The position numbers were made by a program, and so were the translations under genes. A stretch of DNA of 64,000 nucleotides from NCBI RefSeq assembly GCF_009914755.1, contig NC_060929.1; one strand, given 5' to 3'. Positions within the stretch are counted from its first letter, which is position 1; each line of letters begins with the position of its first letter. Positions 37,968-52,320 of the stretch are shown here, one piece after another. The notes below the pieces were generated by a model. The model did not search any database, was not told the DNA's origin, and saw only the letters and a list, made by a program, of their open reading frames with translations. This DNA is from the human T2T-CHM13v2.0 reference genome, Homo sapiens.

Positions 37968-39876
37968 TCAAAATGACTGTTTTGTCTTTCAGCCCTCGTA
38001 AAGTTTTACTGGATTCCTTAGATTCTTTGGATTCAGTTTCAACTTTCTCCTGGATCTTGATGATCATTGCCATCCAGGTTCTGAATTCTTGTTTCTGTTA
38101 TTTCAGCCATTTCAACCTGGTTAAGAACCATTGCTGGAGAGCTAGTGTAGTTGTTTGGAAGTAAAAAGACATTCTGACTTTTTAAGTTGCCGGAGTTCTT
38201 ATACTGGTTCTTTCTCATCTGTGTGGACTGATGTTTCATTAATCTTTGTAGTTGCTGTTCTTTGGATGGAGCTTTTCACTTTTATATTCTTTGATACCCT
38301 TCAGAGTTTGACTGTGGCATAATTTGGGTTCAGTCAACTGGCTTCACTCTGGATAATTTCAGGGAGCCAAGTCTCAGCTCAGCACTCCTGGGCTGTATGC
38401 TCTAACCCTGAAGGGTTGGGACTAGGCCCATGGATTTGTCCTTTGGTCCCTCAAGGTTAAGCACCTATTGTGCTGGTGGGGCTGAGGTGTTCCCAGTCCT
38501 CTGGTAACAACAATCCAATTGGAGATGCCAGCAAAAGCGCTTCATCAGGGCAGTAAAGTTCAAGCATACATGCTTGTGCTGGCAGCAGCTGGGAGACATT
38601 AGTTCCATGCACATGTTTGCAGGCTGGCAAAGCAGTGAGGAGAGGCTGTGGGTAACACTGTGCTGGTGGGGATCCATCTGCAGAAGCACTCCAACAGTTA
38701 GATGGGTTTTGCCAGTGAAGGAGCTATTGTAGTGCCCAGTTGGGCATCGGAGCTGTGTTGCAAGTGGGCGGGGCCAGGCAGGGACCCCAGGAGAGGCTGG
38801 CAGACAGAGGATGCTCAGATCAGACTGGTCTTGTCCCTTGGGAAAGACAGCCCTGCTTTGTGCAGGTCTGACAGTCAAGAAAAGCCAAAGCCACATGGCT
38901 TTGGAACATGGTGAGCCTTAGGGAATGCGTGTCTTTGGCTGTGCCCCACTACAGCTATTCACATGCCAGACCCTCTGGGCTCTATACAGGCTGGAGTCCT
39001 GTCTCTGCCAGCTCTCCTTGCAGATCTCGCCACTAGCTCAAATCTCTGTGGAGTCACGAGGTCTCTTGCAGCTAGGATTCTGGGGGTCTATGGCAAGAGT
39101 GGGCCACTCCATGACCATTCCGCCCACTCCTTCCCCTGGAGTTACTCAGGGCCAGGAACAAGTTCTGGTGCTCAGCCACCTTATTTATGCAGGGTTCCCA
39201 GACTCCACTTCCTTCAGTCCAGGATCTGCATCCTCCATCTGTCCACTCTCAATGTCTTCCTCCTGAAGACGTGCTTGGAGTGCACAGGTCTTTTTGACAG
39301 TCTGGTCTCAGTGAGAGAAACTCTTCCCTGATGAATCAGGTCAGCCATCTTGGTCCCAACCCCACGATTTCTATCTTAAGGCTGATTAGTATTCCATTTT
39401 GAATATACACCACATTTTCTGTATCAATTTATCTGTTGATGGACACTTAGATTGATTCTGTATCTTGGCTATTGTGAATAAATATGGGAGTGCAGATACC
39501 TTCTCAACATACTGATTTTATATGATTTGGGTGCATACCCAGTAGTAAGATTGCTGGACCATATGGTAGTTCTATTTTTATTTTGTTAAGAAAATTTCAT
39601 ACTGTTTTTCATAATGGTTATATTAATTTACCTTCCCACCAACTTGTGCAAAAGTGACTTTTTCTCCACATCTTTGTCAACATTTGTCTTTCCTTTTTTA
39701 GATAGTAATCATTCCAACAGGTGTCAGTGTCAGTTGGTATATTATTGCAGTTTTATTTGCATTTCTCTGATGACTAATGATTTTGAGCAGTTTTTCATAT
39801 ACCTGTCAGACATTTGCATGTCTTCTTTGAAAAATAGCTATTTAGGCCCTTTGCCCGTTTTTTAATTGTGTTACTT

Positions 39877-40242
39877 TATATCAGTCTGTTTTCATGCTGC
39901 TGATAAAGACACACCCAAGACTGGGAAGACAAAGAGGTTTCATTGGACTTACAGCTCCACATGGCTGGGGAAGTCTCAGAATCATGGTGGGAGGGGAAAG
40001 GCACTTTTTAAATCGCATTGCGGCAGCAAGAGAAAATAAGGAAGAAGTAAAAGCAGAAACCCCTGATAAACCCATCAGATCTCATAAGACTTAGTCACTA
40101 TCATGAGAATAGTACAAGCAAGACTGGCCCCCCTGGTTTAATTACCTGCCCTTGGGTACCTCCCACAACACATGGGAATTCTGGTACAATTCAAGTTGAG
40201 ATTTGAATGGGGACACAGCCAAACCATATCATTCTGCCCCTG
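39877..40242 (-). mobile_element. THE1A LTR plus 11 bp of internal/PPT remnant
   Basis: tcagtctgttttcatgctgctgataaagac...ggacacagccaaaccatatca|ttctgcccctg. Confidence 0.92.
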
Positions 40243-42028
40243 CGGATTTTGAGTTGTTTGAGTCCCTCATATATTTTAGATATTAACTCTTTATCAGATG
40301 TATGTCTTGCAAATATATTCTTCCATTCCATGGGTTGTCTTTGCAAGCTGTTGTTTTCTCTGCTGTGCAGAAGCTTTTTAGTTTAATGCAATCCTATTTG
40401 CCTATTTTCACTTTTGTTGCCTATGCTTTTGGGGTCTTAGCCAAGAAATCATTGCCCAAACCAATGTCCTGGAACTCTCTCCTTATGTTTTCCTCTAGTG
40501 ATTTTACAGTATTGGGTCTTATATTTAAGTCTTCAATCTACTTTGGGTTGATTTTTCACATAGAGTGAAATAATGGTTTAATCTCATTCTTCTGCATGTG
40601 GATATCCAGTTTTCCCAGCATAATTTAATAAACTGTTTTTTCTGCCATTGTGTGTTCTTGGTAACTTTGTCAAAGATCAATTGATTGTAAATGTGTGGAC
40701 CTTTTTCTGAGCTCTCCATTCTCTATCCCATTGGACTGTGTGTCTGTTTTTATGCCACTGTTTTAATTACTATAGCTATGTAGTAGATGTTGAAATCAGG
40801 TAGTATGATTCCTCTGGCTTTGTACTTTTTGTTCATGATGGCTTTGGTCATTCAGGGTCTTATGCGGTTTCATACAAATTTTAGAATTATTGTTTCTATT
40901 TCTGAAAAATGTCATTGGAATTTTCATAGAAATTGCATTGAATCTGTGGATTGCTTTGGGTAGTATAAGTGTTTTAACAATACCAATTCTTCCAATCCAT
41001 GAACACAAGATATCTTTCCATTTATTTATGTCCTCTTTAACTTTTTTCATTAGTATTTCATAGTTTTCAGTATACAATTTTTCAACTCCTTGCTTAAATT
41101 TATTTGTAAGTTGATTGTTGGTTTTTGTTGTTGTTTTGTAGCTACTGTGAAGGGTATTGTTTCCTTTATTTCCTTTATGGATAACTCATTGTGTAGAGAA
41201 ATATGAAAAATTTTTATGTTGGTTTTGAATCCTGCAACTTTACTGCATTCATTTATTAGTTGTAATAGTTTCCTGTGGAGTCTTTATGGTTTTCTATTTA
41301 TAAGAGTATGTCATTTGCAAACAGAAAAACAACTTACTTTCTTCTTTCCAATTTAGATGCCTTTTATTTCCTTCTTTTACCTAATTGCTTCAGCTAGGGC
41401 TTCCAGTATTATGTTAAATAGAAGTGGTAAAAGTGGACATCCTTATCTTGTTTTTGATCTTAAAGGAAAAGCTTTCAACTTTTTACTGTTGAGTACGATG
41501 TTAGCTACAGGCTTGTCATATATGGCCTATATCGTGCTGAGCTAAATTCCTTCCATACCTAATTTCTTAAGAGTTTTTAGCATGAAAGATCTTGTGTTTT
41601 GTCAAATGCCTTTTCTGCCTCTGTGAGATGATTACATGGTTTTGTCCTTAATTTTGTTAATGTGGTGTATCACATTTATTGATTTGCATATGTTGAACTT
41701 GTCCTTGCATCCCAGGAATGAATTTCACTTGATAATTTTAAATGATCTTTTTAAGGTGTTGTTGAGCTCACTTCGCTAGTATTTTGTAAATAACTTTTGT
41801 ATCTATATTCATTAGGAATATCAGCCTGCAATTTTTGTTTCTTTTGCTGTCTTTGCCTGGCTTTGGTATCAGGATAATGTTGTCCTCTTGAAACAAGTTT
41901 GGAAGTATTTCCTTCTCTTCAGTTTTTTGGAAGAGTTTGAGAAGAATTGCTTTCTTTAAGTATTTGGGATAATTCAGCAGTGAACCTATCAAGCCCTGGG
42001 CTTTTTCTTTGACGGAAGACCTTCTATT

Positions 42029-42225
42029 ATTTTATTATTTTATTATTTTATTTTATTTTATTTTATTTTTTTGAGACGGAGTCTCGCTCTGTCGCCCAGG
42101 TTGGAGTGCAGTGGCGCGATCTTGGCTCACTGCAAGCTCCGCCTCCTGGGTTCGCGCCATTCCTGCCTCAGCCTCCGAGTAGCTGGGACTACAGGCGCCC
42201 ACTATGGCGCCTGGCTAATTTTTTT
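42029..42225 (-). mobile_element. 5'-truncated AluY (right monomer only)
   Basis: gagacggagtctcgctctgtcgccc...gcaagctccgcctcc; TSD ggaagaccttctatt/ggaagacattttatt. Confidence 0.95.
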
Positions 42226-42826
42226 GGAAGACATTTTATTATTAATTCTGTCTCCTTACTCATTATTAGTCTGTTCAGATGTCTATTTATTTATGATTTA
42301 GTCTTGTTAAGTAGCATGTGTCTAAAAAGGTATCTCTATTCCTTCTAGGTTATACAATGTATTAGTGTATAACTGTTCATAGTAGCCTCGTGATCTTTTG
42401 TGCTTCCATGGTATCAGTTATAATGTTTCCTCTTTTATTTCTGATTTTATTTATTTGAGTCTTCCCTTTCTTCTTAATCTAGCTGAGGATTTGTTCATTG
42501 TGTTTCTCTCAAAAAAAACCAGCTTTTACTTGTGTTGATCTTTTCTATTGATTTTCTAGTCTCTATTACATTTATTTCTGCTCCAATCTTTATTATTTCC
42601 TTCTATTAATTTTGGACTTAGTTTGTTATTCCTCTTCTAGTTCATTGAGATATAGTACTAGATTGTTTATTTGGTATTTTTCTTCTGTTTTGATGTAGGG
42701 GTTCATTGCTATAAGCTTCCCTCTTAGAAATGCTTTTGCTGGGTCCCATAAGTTTTGTTATGTTATGTTTCCATTTTCATTTATCTAAAGATACTTTTAA
42801 TCTACCTTTGATTTTTGTCTTTGACT

Positions 42827-43545
42827 TGTTAAAATAAAGATAATAAGTCTGATGGAATGGACTCTTTGTGGTCATAAGATAACAAATTGTAAATAAGACC
42901 TAAGGCTATGCCAAGCAAAGGTTGTTACAAACCCTTACATTTAAAGAATAAACTGTGTTCTAACTGCCATAAGACTTTTTCTTTTTCTCTAGCAGCTAAG
43001 CAAGCAATGGCCTCAAGATAAACAGTACAAAATAATTGCCACTCATTGATCACCAGATACGACTGACCAATCCCATTCAATTTCACAAGTTATAACTACA
43101 GCCTTGATTGGACAAGAAACTGATTTTAGTAACTTTCTCCTGCAAAAACACCACAGAAAGTTTTGGCCAGCAGCCAAAGTCTGCACATAGACTTTTCTTA
43201 TGTCCTGCAAAAGACCTCCTGAGGTAAAAGCCAAATTCCACCTATTTTATTGTTAAAACTCCACCCCAAAGTGAACATGGCTTTTATGTATGTTTCCTAA
43301 ATGTTTTCTCACTATGCAAATATTTGCTCACCTTTATAAATATTCCTAAACTCCCCACTCCTAGCTGACTATGTGTACTAAGCAAATCTTGCAAGGCATA
43401 AAGTTCAGATTTTCCCCCATTTTTGGTGGAGCATATACTCTTGGTTTCTCCCAGGTCAAGTTATCCAGATTTGTGAATCATATTTTATTGAAAAATAAAG
43501 TTTCTCTTTGCCTCCTCTGTAGATCTCATGATATTTTTGATAACA
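42827..43545 (+). mobile_element. ERV1 solo LTR, MER39-like
   Basis: TGTTA...TAACA termini; aagaataaactgtgttctaactgcc...ctctagcagctaagcaagc; AATAAA near the 3' end; interrupts L1MA. Confidence 0.78.
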
Positions 43546-44127
43546 GGCCCATTGATTCTTTGAGAACCTGTTGTTTAATTTCTACATAATTATGTATTTT
43601 CTGAAATTTCTTTTATTACTGATCTCTAGGTTTATACCATTGCATTCAGAAAAAGATATTTGATATTATTTACATCTTCTTAAATTTGTTAAAACTTGTT
43701 TTGTGACCTTACATATGATCTGTCATGGATTTTTCATTTAGCTGAATCTTATTTAATAACCAAATAAATGGTCGTGAGAAAGTTCTAAAATATGGTTTAC
43801 CCTTTCCTGCTTTCTTAAATGGAGTTAGCAAGCATAATGGTAAATTATTCTTTTCTGCATCCACCCCTTGTCAGTATCCGCCACCACACTCAAGTTCCTG
43901 TGTACTCTAGCCAAATGGCTGTCTTAACTCTAGAGGATTTACCAAATGCTATGATTTTAATGTCCCCTCTAAATCTCATGTTGAAATTTAATTGCCATTG
44001 TTGCAGTATTAGGCAGTGGAGCCTTTAAGAGGTGATTAGGCCATGAGGGCTCCCCCCGCCCATGGGTAGGTTTAATTCCTCTAAAAGGGAGGCTTTGGGG
44101 AGTAGATTCTCTTTTGCCCTCATGCAC

Positions 44128-44504
44128 TGTATTGGTCTGTTCTAACACTGCTATGAAGAAACACCCCAAACTGGATAAATTATAAAGTAAAGAGGTTTAA
44201 TTGACTCACAGTTCAGCATGACTGGGAGGCCTCAGGAAACTTACAATCATGATGGAAGACAAAAAAGAAGCAGGCACATTCTTCACAGGGCAGCAGGACA
44301 GAGTGAGTGCGAGCAGAGGAAATGTCAGACGCTTATAAAATCATCAGATCTTGTGAGACTAACTCATTATCAGGAGAACAGCATGGGGGAAGCTGCACCC
44401 ATGATTCAATTACCTCCACCTGGTCCTACCATTGACACTTGGGGATTATGGGAATTATAATTCAAGGTGAGATTTGGGTGGGGACACAGAGCCAAACCGT
44501 ATCC
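44128..44504 (-). mobile_element. THE1C/D solo LTR inside the MST 5' LTR
   Basis: tgtattggtctgttctaacactgc...gagccaaaccgtatcc; TSD tgcac/cgcac. Confidence 0.93.
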
Positions 44505-46260
44505 CGCACCCTTGCCCTTTGGCCATGTTAGGACACAGCAAGCAGGTGCCAAGCAGGTGACAGCACCGTGTTCTTGGACTTTTCATCCTCCAAAACTATG
44601 AGCCAAATAAATCTCTATTGTTTATAAATTACCTAGTTTGTGGTATTCTGTTATATCAGCAGACTAGGAGAACAGACTAAGAGAAAACTAGTACTGAGTG
44701 TTGGGATTATTACAGTAACAGACACCTGAAAATGTGGAAAGACCTTCGGAACAGAGGCTGGAAGAGTTTGCAGGAGCAGACTAGAAAAAGCCTATATTGT
44801 TATAAATGGAGCATTAAGGGTGATTCAGATGAGGGCTCAGAAGAGGAGAGAGGTGTAGGAAGAGTCTGAACTTCTTAGAGATTACTTAAGTGGCATGGTC
44901 AGAATTTTGGTAGCAATATGTACAGAAAAGGCCATTCTGATGAGGAAGAAGATATTGAAAGCTGAAATAAAGGCCATCCTCATTATACAATTGCACAAAA
45001 ACCTGGGTGAATTGTGTCCATGCCCAAGGACTTCATGAAATGCAGAACTTAAGAGTGATGAATTAGGATTTCTGGTAGAAGAAATATGTATGCAGCAAAG
45101 TACAGTGGCTACTTTTATCCACATACAATAAAATGTGACTAGAAGGAAATGGCTTAAAGATGGAACAAAACAATTTGGAAAATCCACAGCCTAGCTATTT
45201 AAAGAGTGAAAAGGCACATTTAGGAGAGCAAACTAAGGGTGTGGTCAAGCCACCATTTGCCAAAGAGACTAGTATTGATAGAAGGCAGACAGGTGCTATT
45301 CATTAAGACAATAAAAGGAAGACCTCTAAGTCGTTTCAAAGATCTTCAAGGCTATACCTCCCATCACAGGCCCAGAGCTCTAGCAGGGCAGGCTGGTTTT
45401 GGGAGAAGAATCCAGGATACCCTCCATGGACTCACTGCCCAGGGCCACTTCAAGGCTGCTTCCAACATTTCAGTGCACATTCTTCAGCTACTCTAGCCAT
45501 GGCCCAAGTATGCACATGTGTGGCTTGACCCACCACTTGGAAGGTATAAGCAGTAAGACTTGGAAGCATCTATGTGGTGCTAATTCTACAGACGCACAGA
45601 ATGCAAGAGCTGTAGGGGCATGGCTGTCTCCATCTACATTGCAAAGGACATTGTAGACAGCCTGGGGGTTTAGGCAGAGACTTGTGGCAGAGATAGAGCC
45701 ACTGCAGAGAGCCCCTGCTAGAGCAATGCCAAGCAGAAATACAGGGTCAGAGTCAACATAGAGAATCCCCACTAGGGCACTGCCTAGTGGAGTTGTGGGA
45801 ATAAGGCTACCTCAGAGACTCCAGAGCTGTTAGGCTAGCAGCATACAGTGCCAGCCTGGAAGAGATGCAGGCACGAGACACAAACCTGTGAGAGCTGCTG
45901 GGTGGGAGGAGTCCAGCAAAGCCACAGGGACAGGGCTGCTGAAGTCCTTGGGGGCGGACCCCCACCAGCTATGCCCAGGATGTGAGACATGGAGTCACAG
46001 ACATTATTTTAGAGCCTTAAAATGTAATGTTGGTCACCCCATTGGGTTTTGGACTTAACTGGGACCAGTTATCCCTCCTTTCTTGCCTCCTTTTCCTTTT
46101 TGGATTGATAATGTCTATCCTATGCCTATCCCATCATTGTATTTTGCAAGTAGATAACTTGTTTTGATTTCATAAGCTCACAGCTGGAGGAAATTTGCCT
46201 CAGGATGAATCATGCCTTGAGTCTTATCTGTATCTTATTTAGACAAGACTTTGGGCTTTT

Positions 46261-46621
<361 letters not shown>

Positions 46622-47579
46622 TAGAATGAATGTATTTTGTATGTGAGAAGAACATGAGTTTTAAGAGTCCAAGGGAAAAATGCTATAGTTTTAATGCCCC
46701 TTCTAAAATTCATGTTGATATTAATTGCCATTGTGACAGTAGTAAGAGATGAAGCCTTTACAAGGTGATTAGGCCATGGGGGCTCTGTCTACGTGTGTGG
46801 GTTTAATGCCTTTAAATGGGTACTCTCTTGCTCTTGAGTGCACTCTCTTGTCCTTCTGCCATATATTAATGCAGGAAGAAGGCCCTCACAAGACGCTGAG
46901 CAGATGCTGGGATCCTGTTCTTGGATTTTCCAGCCTGCAGAACTGTGAGCCAAATAAATTTCTATTGTTTATAAATGACCCAGTCTATGGTATTCTGTTA
47001 GAGCCACAGAAAATAGACTGAGGAACCTACCATAGTGGCATGGACTGGCCAATGCAGAAACTTACAATTCATCTTTACATAGAACTCAGAGACTTAGGTG
47101 GAACAAGATTTCTAAAGCCTATTCCATAGAGCTTATTCTAATCTGGTCTTAGTCTTCTAGCTTCTGCTTCCTTTGTGGAAGATAAACCCAGCACAAAATT
47201 GGGTCCCTATCTAATCTTGCCAACTAAAATTAGAGCAAAAACTAAGAGAAGACACCTCTCCCAAGCCCACTCACTGGGAAGAAAACTTTCCAATAAACTT
47301 GCCTCCTCCAAGACTGTTAGATTCATATCATTTAACTGCTCTAGTCAGGAATCTCATACCCATGCACCTAGAAAAAAAAATGGGGAGCTTCCTGTATTTC
47401 CTTGATAGTGAAATTTTTCTTTCTTCTAATTTTTATGTCTATTGTAGCTCCATTCTTTCCTTTGTTACCTACCAGGATCCCTCCCTTCTGTGGGAGTGGG
47501 AGAAAGAGGAGAAGTTATAGAGCCGAGGGCTTGCTGTTATTTTAAGACCACTCTTATAACCATCAATTACTGCAATGGG

Positions 47580-47755
47580 TTAAGCCAGACAAACCTGGAT
47601 TCAAATTCTTGCTCCACAAGTGATGTAAGGATTTGACCCAGATCATGATAGTTCATTTCTTTAAGACTTTGTTTCCTCTTTCACAAAATGGCAAATAATG
47701 CCTCCATCATAGCACATTAAATGACTTAGCATGGTACCTGGCACAAAAGTAGCTC
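47580..47755 (+). mobile_element. MIR SINE
   Basis: agccagacaaacctggattcaaattcttgctcc...tgtttcctctttcacaaaatgg...gtacctggcaca. Confidence 0.75.
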
Positions 47756-48013
47756 CCTTCTTCTCTCCCTGTTTCTTTTAATGGGTATTGAAATAAACAG
47801 GCTGACTGCTCCCACACACGATATCCTCAGCAGTACTCAGCTTTTAAATTCTTGCCTCCTCTTTTGTTGCCAGCTGATACTTCTTGCTGCCTGTCTCTTC
47901 AGCTTCTAAACAGCTGCTACACTTTTTAGAGCATTTTTTGACTGCTGGCTAAGGGTGCCTCAGCCCTCCTCCCTTGGCGTAGAGTGCAGAGGCTTTGTTA
48001 CAGATTATCAGTT

Positions 48014-48720
48014 TGTAGTGGATGTTTGTCATATCTGTTGCTGTCCAGCACCTTTTGAACACTTTTCCTGTGTTTCATTAACCACCCCCTACCCCTGAGG
48101 CCAGTTACTAAGCTAGTGTCTTAACACAAACCAATCGTTCTATATTCTGTTTTATGATGCTGGACTAGGAGTCTGTAAACCAGCATCTGCTTTCTTGGCT
48201 GCTTCCTGTTGGATTATTTCAAAGGGAATCTAGAAAGAGACTGCAAGCTTTGAGGAATAAAAAGAGACACTGTCCTTCTCTGTGACTTCTGCTCCTATCA
48301 GCATCACTCAAGCAAATCTCCTTCACCCTGGCAGTGGCACTTCATTCTGGTAGTAGCAGTTGGTTCCAGTTTGCAATTTTTCCATTTGCACAATTAGTCC
48401 CATTGGTCCCCAGCAGAGTCAGTACCAACCAGCCAAGTAGCTCTCCCTTCTCAGGACTCTTGAGTCCCAGCCCAATGGCACCACTCATCTAAGCATCTAA
48501 ATTTTAGTAACTCCAACTTCTTCCTTTTATTCCCAAGCCCCAGGGATGCTGTCTGTTTCTTGCAGGTGCTACTCTATATACTACTCTATATTTGGGGGCG
48601 GGGGGGGTTGCCTTTTCAGTTTCCTAGTCAACAATTCCGTATTAATGCAATTCTTTGCATTAAAATCTCTCTTTAAAAATTGGTCTGAGTATTCAACCCT
48701 GACAAGATCCTGACTAAAAA
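48014..48720 (+). mobile_element. Old ERVL LTR(s), LTR33-like start followed by LTR41-like body
   Basis: tgtagtggatgtttgtc start; tgatgctggactaggagtctgtaaacc...gcagttggttccagtttgcaatttttcca...attaaaatctctct...cctgact. Confidence 0.5.
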
Positions 48721-48792
48721 TCCCTATTACAAGTCCCACCACTCTGAACTCACTTGCCTAGTGACCATGATGACTAAGGCACAGGCCTTTGC

Positions 48793-48876
48793 CAGAGTGC
48801 CCAACTGGTACTAGTTTGTCTGGGACATCCCTGGTTTTAGCACCAAAAGTCCCAAACCAGACAGTTGGTCAACCTT
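48793..48876. mobile_element. MER96-like hAT-Tip100 MITE fragment
   Basis: TIR-like ends cagagtgcccaact / cagttggtcaacct with gggac...ggttttagcac...aaagtccc. Confidence 0.6.
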
Positions 48877-49119
48877 CCTGTGGCCCATGTGTCAACCATC
48901 AGATATATCTCACAATATTCAGAAGAGAGCCATCCAGGGATTTCATTTGTAATTTTTTTTTGGTTTAGAATTAAGATATACAGAAAAAGTCTGTCATATC
49001 TTAGTGTTCAACAAATAAGCATATTACTCTTGGAATTCTATAAGTATATTAAATCTGTGACATACGGTCATTGAGAGTACAACTCATATACGGTATGTAC
49101 TTTCTATCCCCAACATGAT

Positions 49120-49488
49120 TATATTAGTCTTGCTTGGGGTGTATTTTGCCATAGAAAATACCACAGATGGGGTGTCTTAAACACCAGAAATTTATTTTCT
49201 CACAGTTCTGGAGACTGGAAGTCCAAGATCAAGGTGCTGGCAGGGTTGGTTTCCCGTGAGGCTTCTCCTCCTATCTTGCAGACAGCTGCCTTCTTGCTGT
49301 GTCTTCACATGGTGGAGAGAGAGAGAGCTCTCCGGTGTCTCTTCCTCTTTTAAAGACACTAGTTCTATTGGTTAGGGAGCTACCCTTACCTACCCTATCC
49401 CTTTAAAGGTTTTATCTCTCAATACGGCCCCACTGGGGATTAGGGCTCTATATATAAATTTTGAGGGGACACAATCTGGTTCCTAACA
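49120..49488 (-). mobile_element. MLT1A/B solo LTR
   Basis: cagaaatttattttctcacagttctggagactggaagtccaagatcaaggtg...ggggacacaat. Confidence 0.88.
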
Positions 49489-50937
49489 ATGATCATAAAT
49501 GAGTTGGGGGTATAAGTGTTGTCCAAAATCTGTGGAATCTGTTTTTAAATTAATAAAAATAAAATAACTAAGAGCAATTCTTATTTTCAAAATAGTTTAT
49601 TTTTTATTAGTTTAAGCATATTATACCTGTATTCCCTTGCCAATTGAATACCCAATAAATTTTTTCTTTAGAGATTCATATGGGATCCATTTCACTGACA
49701 TATGAGTTGACATCATTTGTCTGAAAGAGTGATGCAGTTTTTGAAAGATTGAATATGAAGTGTTTCCCATATCCTTTCAGCAGGTGAGAAGTAAAATTTA
49801 ATGGCCTGATGTAATTTACAATCCTCATACCATGTGTTTGAAATGAACAGCACGGTTTGCCTAGTCTGGCTGTGAATACCTGTCTTGAACCATTTCTGAA
49901 ATTACTGAAAAGTACCACTGTCTATTGTGGGAAATGCATTAGTATGATTAAGCTCTACTTTAGATGCCATTATGTAATATTTTGTCAATGTGAAATGTCT
50001 CATTAATTAATTCTTTTTGGGTTTTCAAACAGGTGCTAAGGGATGCCATCAGCAGGAGAAAGGAAAACAACTTAACCCAAGTAAAATGGGGATAATTCCC
50101 ACCCCTGCCAGTTTCACAAAGCTTGAAATGAGAATGTGGACATGCTAAAAGCATTGGCACATTTAAATTGAAAAAAAAAAATCTTGTGGTGTATATTTTG
50201 CAGGTAAAAAGTGTGACAAAATTGCATTTCTGGCAAAGCAGGAGAAGGAATGATGGCTTAATCTTATTAATCTTGTTTTTCTCAAAGTTTAGGCCTTTTT
50301 CCCCATTATGGTAAGGTTGCCATGACAATCCAAGACAATTGAGTCTCCCCAGGACAGAATGATTCATTAAGGTGAGGACAGAGAATGAAGGTAATTATCA
50401 CATCTAAATCACTGCCCCAGGGCCTTACCAAGTAGGAGATGTGACTTGCCAGTGTGTTACCAACAGAAAATTTTGACCACTATAAATGTCACCAATTTCA
50501 TAGCTCTTGTCCCGGCAGGGACAATTGCAACTCAATGATCAGACATACAATATTATGAGTCAGTTAAACAATTTCCTTAGCTGAAGATTAGTAAAAAGTA
50601 GGCATTAAATATTAATTAAGATAAGAGAGGAGTAATGCAAAAAATCACATTCAGATTTTTAGTTAGCTCGGCTTCCCTGCCTTCTCTTAGTCACAGCATA
50701 CCCAAAGGTCCATGCCTCTCTTAACATGGTTAACTACTATTCAACATTAAATTCTCAGTTAAGATTTTGCATTCTCTAAAAAGATGATTCTGGCAACCAA
50801 AATCTAAGGGCAGCATGGAGTTCCATAATCCCCTGTCCCATTCTTATTAAGGATCTTCCCATGCTATTTCACTACTGACTTCTCTGAATCACCCCAGTGG
50901 ACTATAAGGTTATAAGGAAAAGAAATGTATTTTTCTT

Positions 50938-52320
50938 TCCTCATTCATTCATTCATTTATATATTCAGACAATCAACAAATATTTATTGAATACCTGCTG
51001 CATGCCACCTACTCTTATAGAAACAGGGACATCACAGTGACAAAATGGGAATGTCCCTGACTCGCAAAGATTGCATTCTAGTAGAAGAGTCAAATAATAA
51101 ATTAATGCATGTGCAAAATAGTGTCAGGCAGTCACACTGTGGCTCCTAGCAACCTACAACAGAGGAGAGAGAATCAGGAGGGCATTATCTTATTTAGGGC
51201 GGGTGGTCAGGTAGGGCCATGCTGAGGAAGTGGGAGAGATGTATGCAATTACCTCAAGGATTTGCTTTCCAGGCAGAGTGAAAAGCAAGTGCAACAGTGC
51301 TAAGATAGAAGCAGGCTCTGCTGGTTGAAGACATAGCAAGAAGGCCAGTGTGGCAAAGCAAGAAGTGAGTAACTGTAGAAAATATGGGAGAGAGAAGGTC
51401 AGGAAACAGACTCCATGGGGCTTTAGAACCATAATAAAGATATGAGAATTTAAAACTCCGGAGGAGATAAGAAACCTTGATGGTGTTTTACTGGCTGGGG
51501 ATTAGGTTAAGAGTGGAAGAAAGGAGAGCCCTTAAGAAGCTACTGAAGGAGTTCAGGCAAGAGGGGATTATGTCTTGGAGTAGAGGCGTAGAAGCAGCGA
51601 CTGTGACAGGCAGTTTGATTTAGGATGTATTTTAAAGGTAGAGTCAATGGTGCTGCTGATAAATTGGTGAAGGAATGTTACAAAAAGCAAAAAATAAAGA
51701 TGACTCCTTTGGGCTTGAGCAACTGGATGGGACAAAGATGCCATTTAGCCAGGTGAGAAATGCTAGGGAGGGAGCAGATTTGCACAGGGAGGAGGGAATC
51801 AGAAATTCTGTCTTAGGAATGTTAGGTTTGAGAGTGGTATGAATAATATCCGAGTAGAGATATCAAGTAGGAAATTAGATATACACAGCTGGAGCCTGTG
51901 TTACACATTTATGGATTGCTGGAATTTAAAGGGTGTTAAAGCATAGGATTGAGATTACTTAGATTGGGGTCCATGAACTATGGCTTGCAGCCAAATCAGG
52001 GCACCTTCCTGTTTTTGTTCAAATGCTGTATTGGAACACAGCCACATGTATTCATTGAGACGTTGTCTGTGGATGCTTTTGTGCTACCCTGGCAGAGCTG
52101 AGTAATTGGTGACAGAGACTGTGCACCTAGCAAAAGCCTAAAATATTTACTGTGGTCATTTACAGAAAAAAAAAAAATATGCCAACTCCTGACGTAGAGA
52201 TAAAGAAGAGAGGAGGTCTGAGGACTGGGCCATGGGATGATCCAACATCTCAGAAGTCAGGGAGAGAAGGAGGACACAGATAAAACAATACAGAAGGAGC
52301 AGGAGTGAGACAGCAGGAAA
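50938..52320 (-). mobile_element. L2a LINE, interrupted by MER58A
   Basis: Begins (tcat)n...caacaaatatttattgaatacctgct; antisense L2 body follows. Confidence 0.88.
51965..52191 (+). mobile_element. MER58A hAT DNA transposon
   Basis: ggggtc...aactatggc...tattggaacacagccac...ggcagagctgagta...aaagcctaaaatatttact...gccaactcctg; 8-bp TSD acttagat/acgtagag. Confidence 0.9.
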
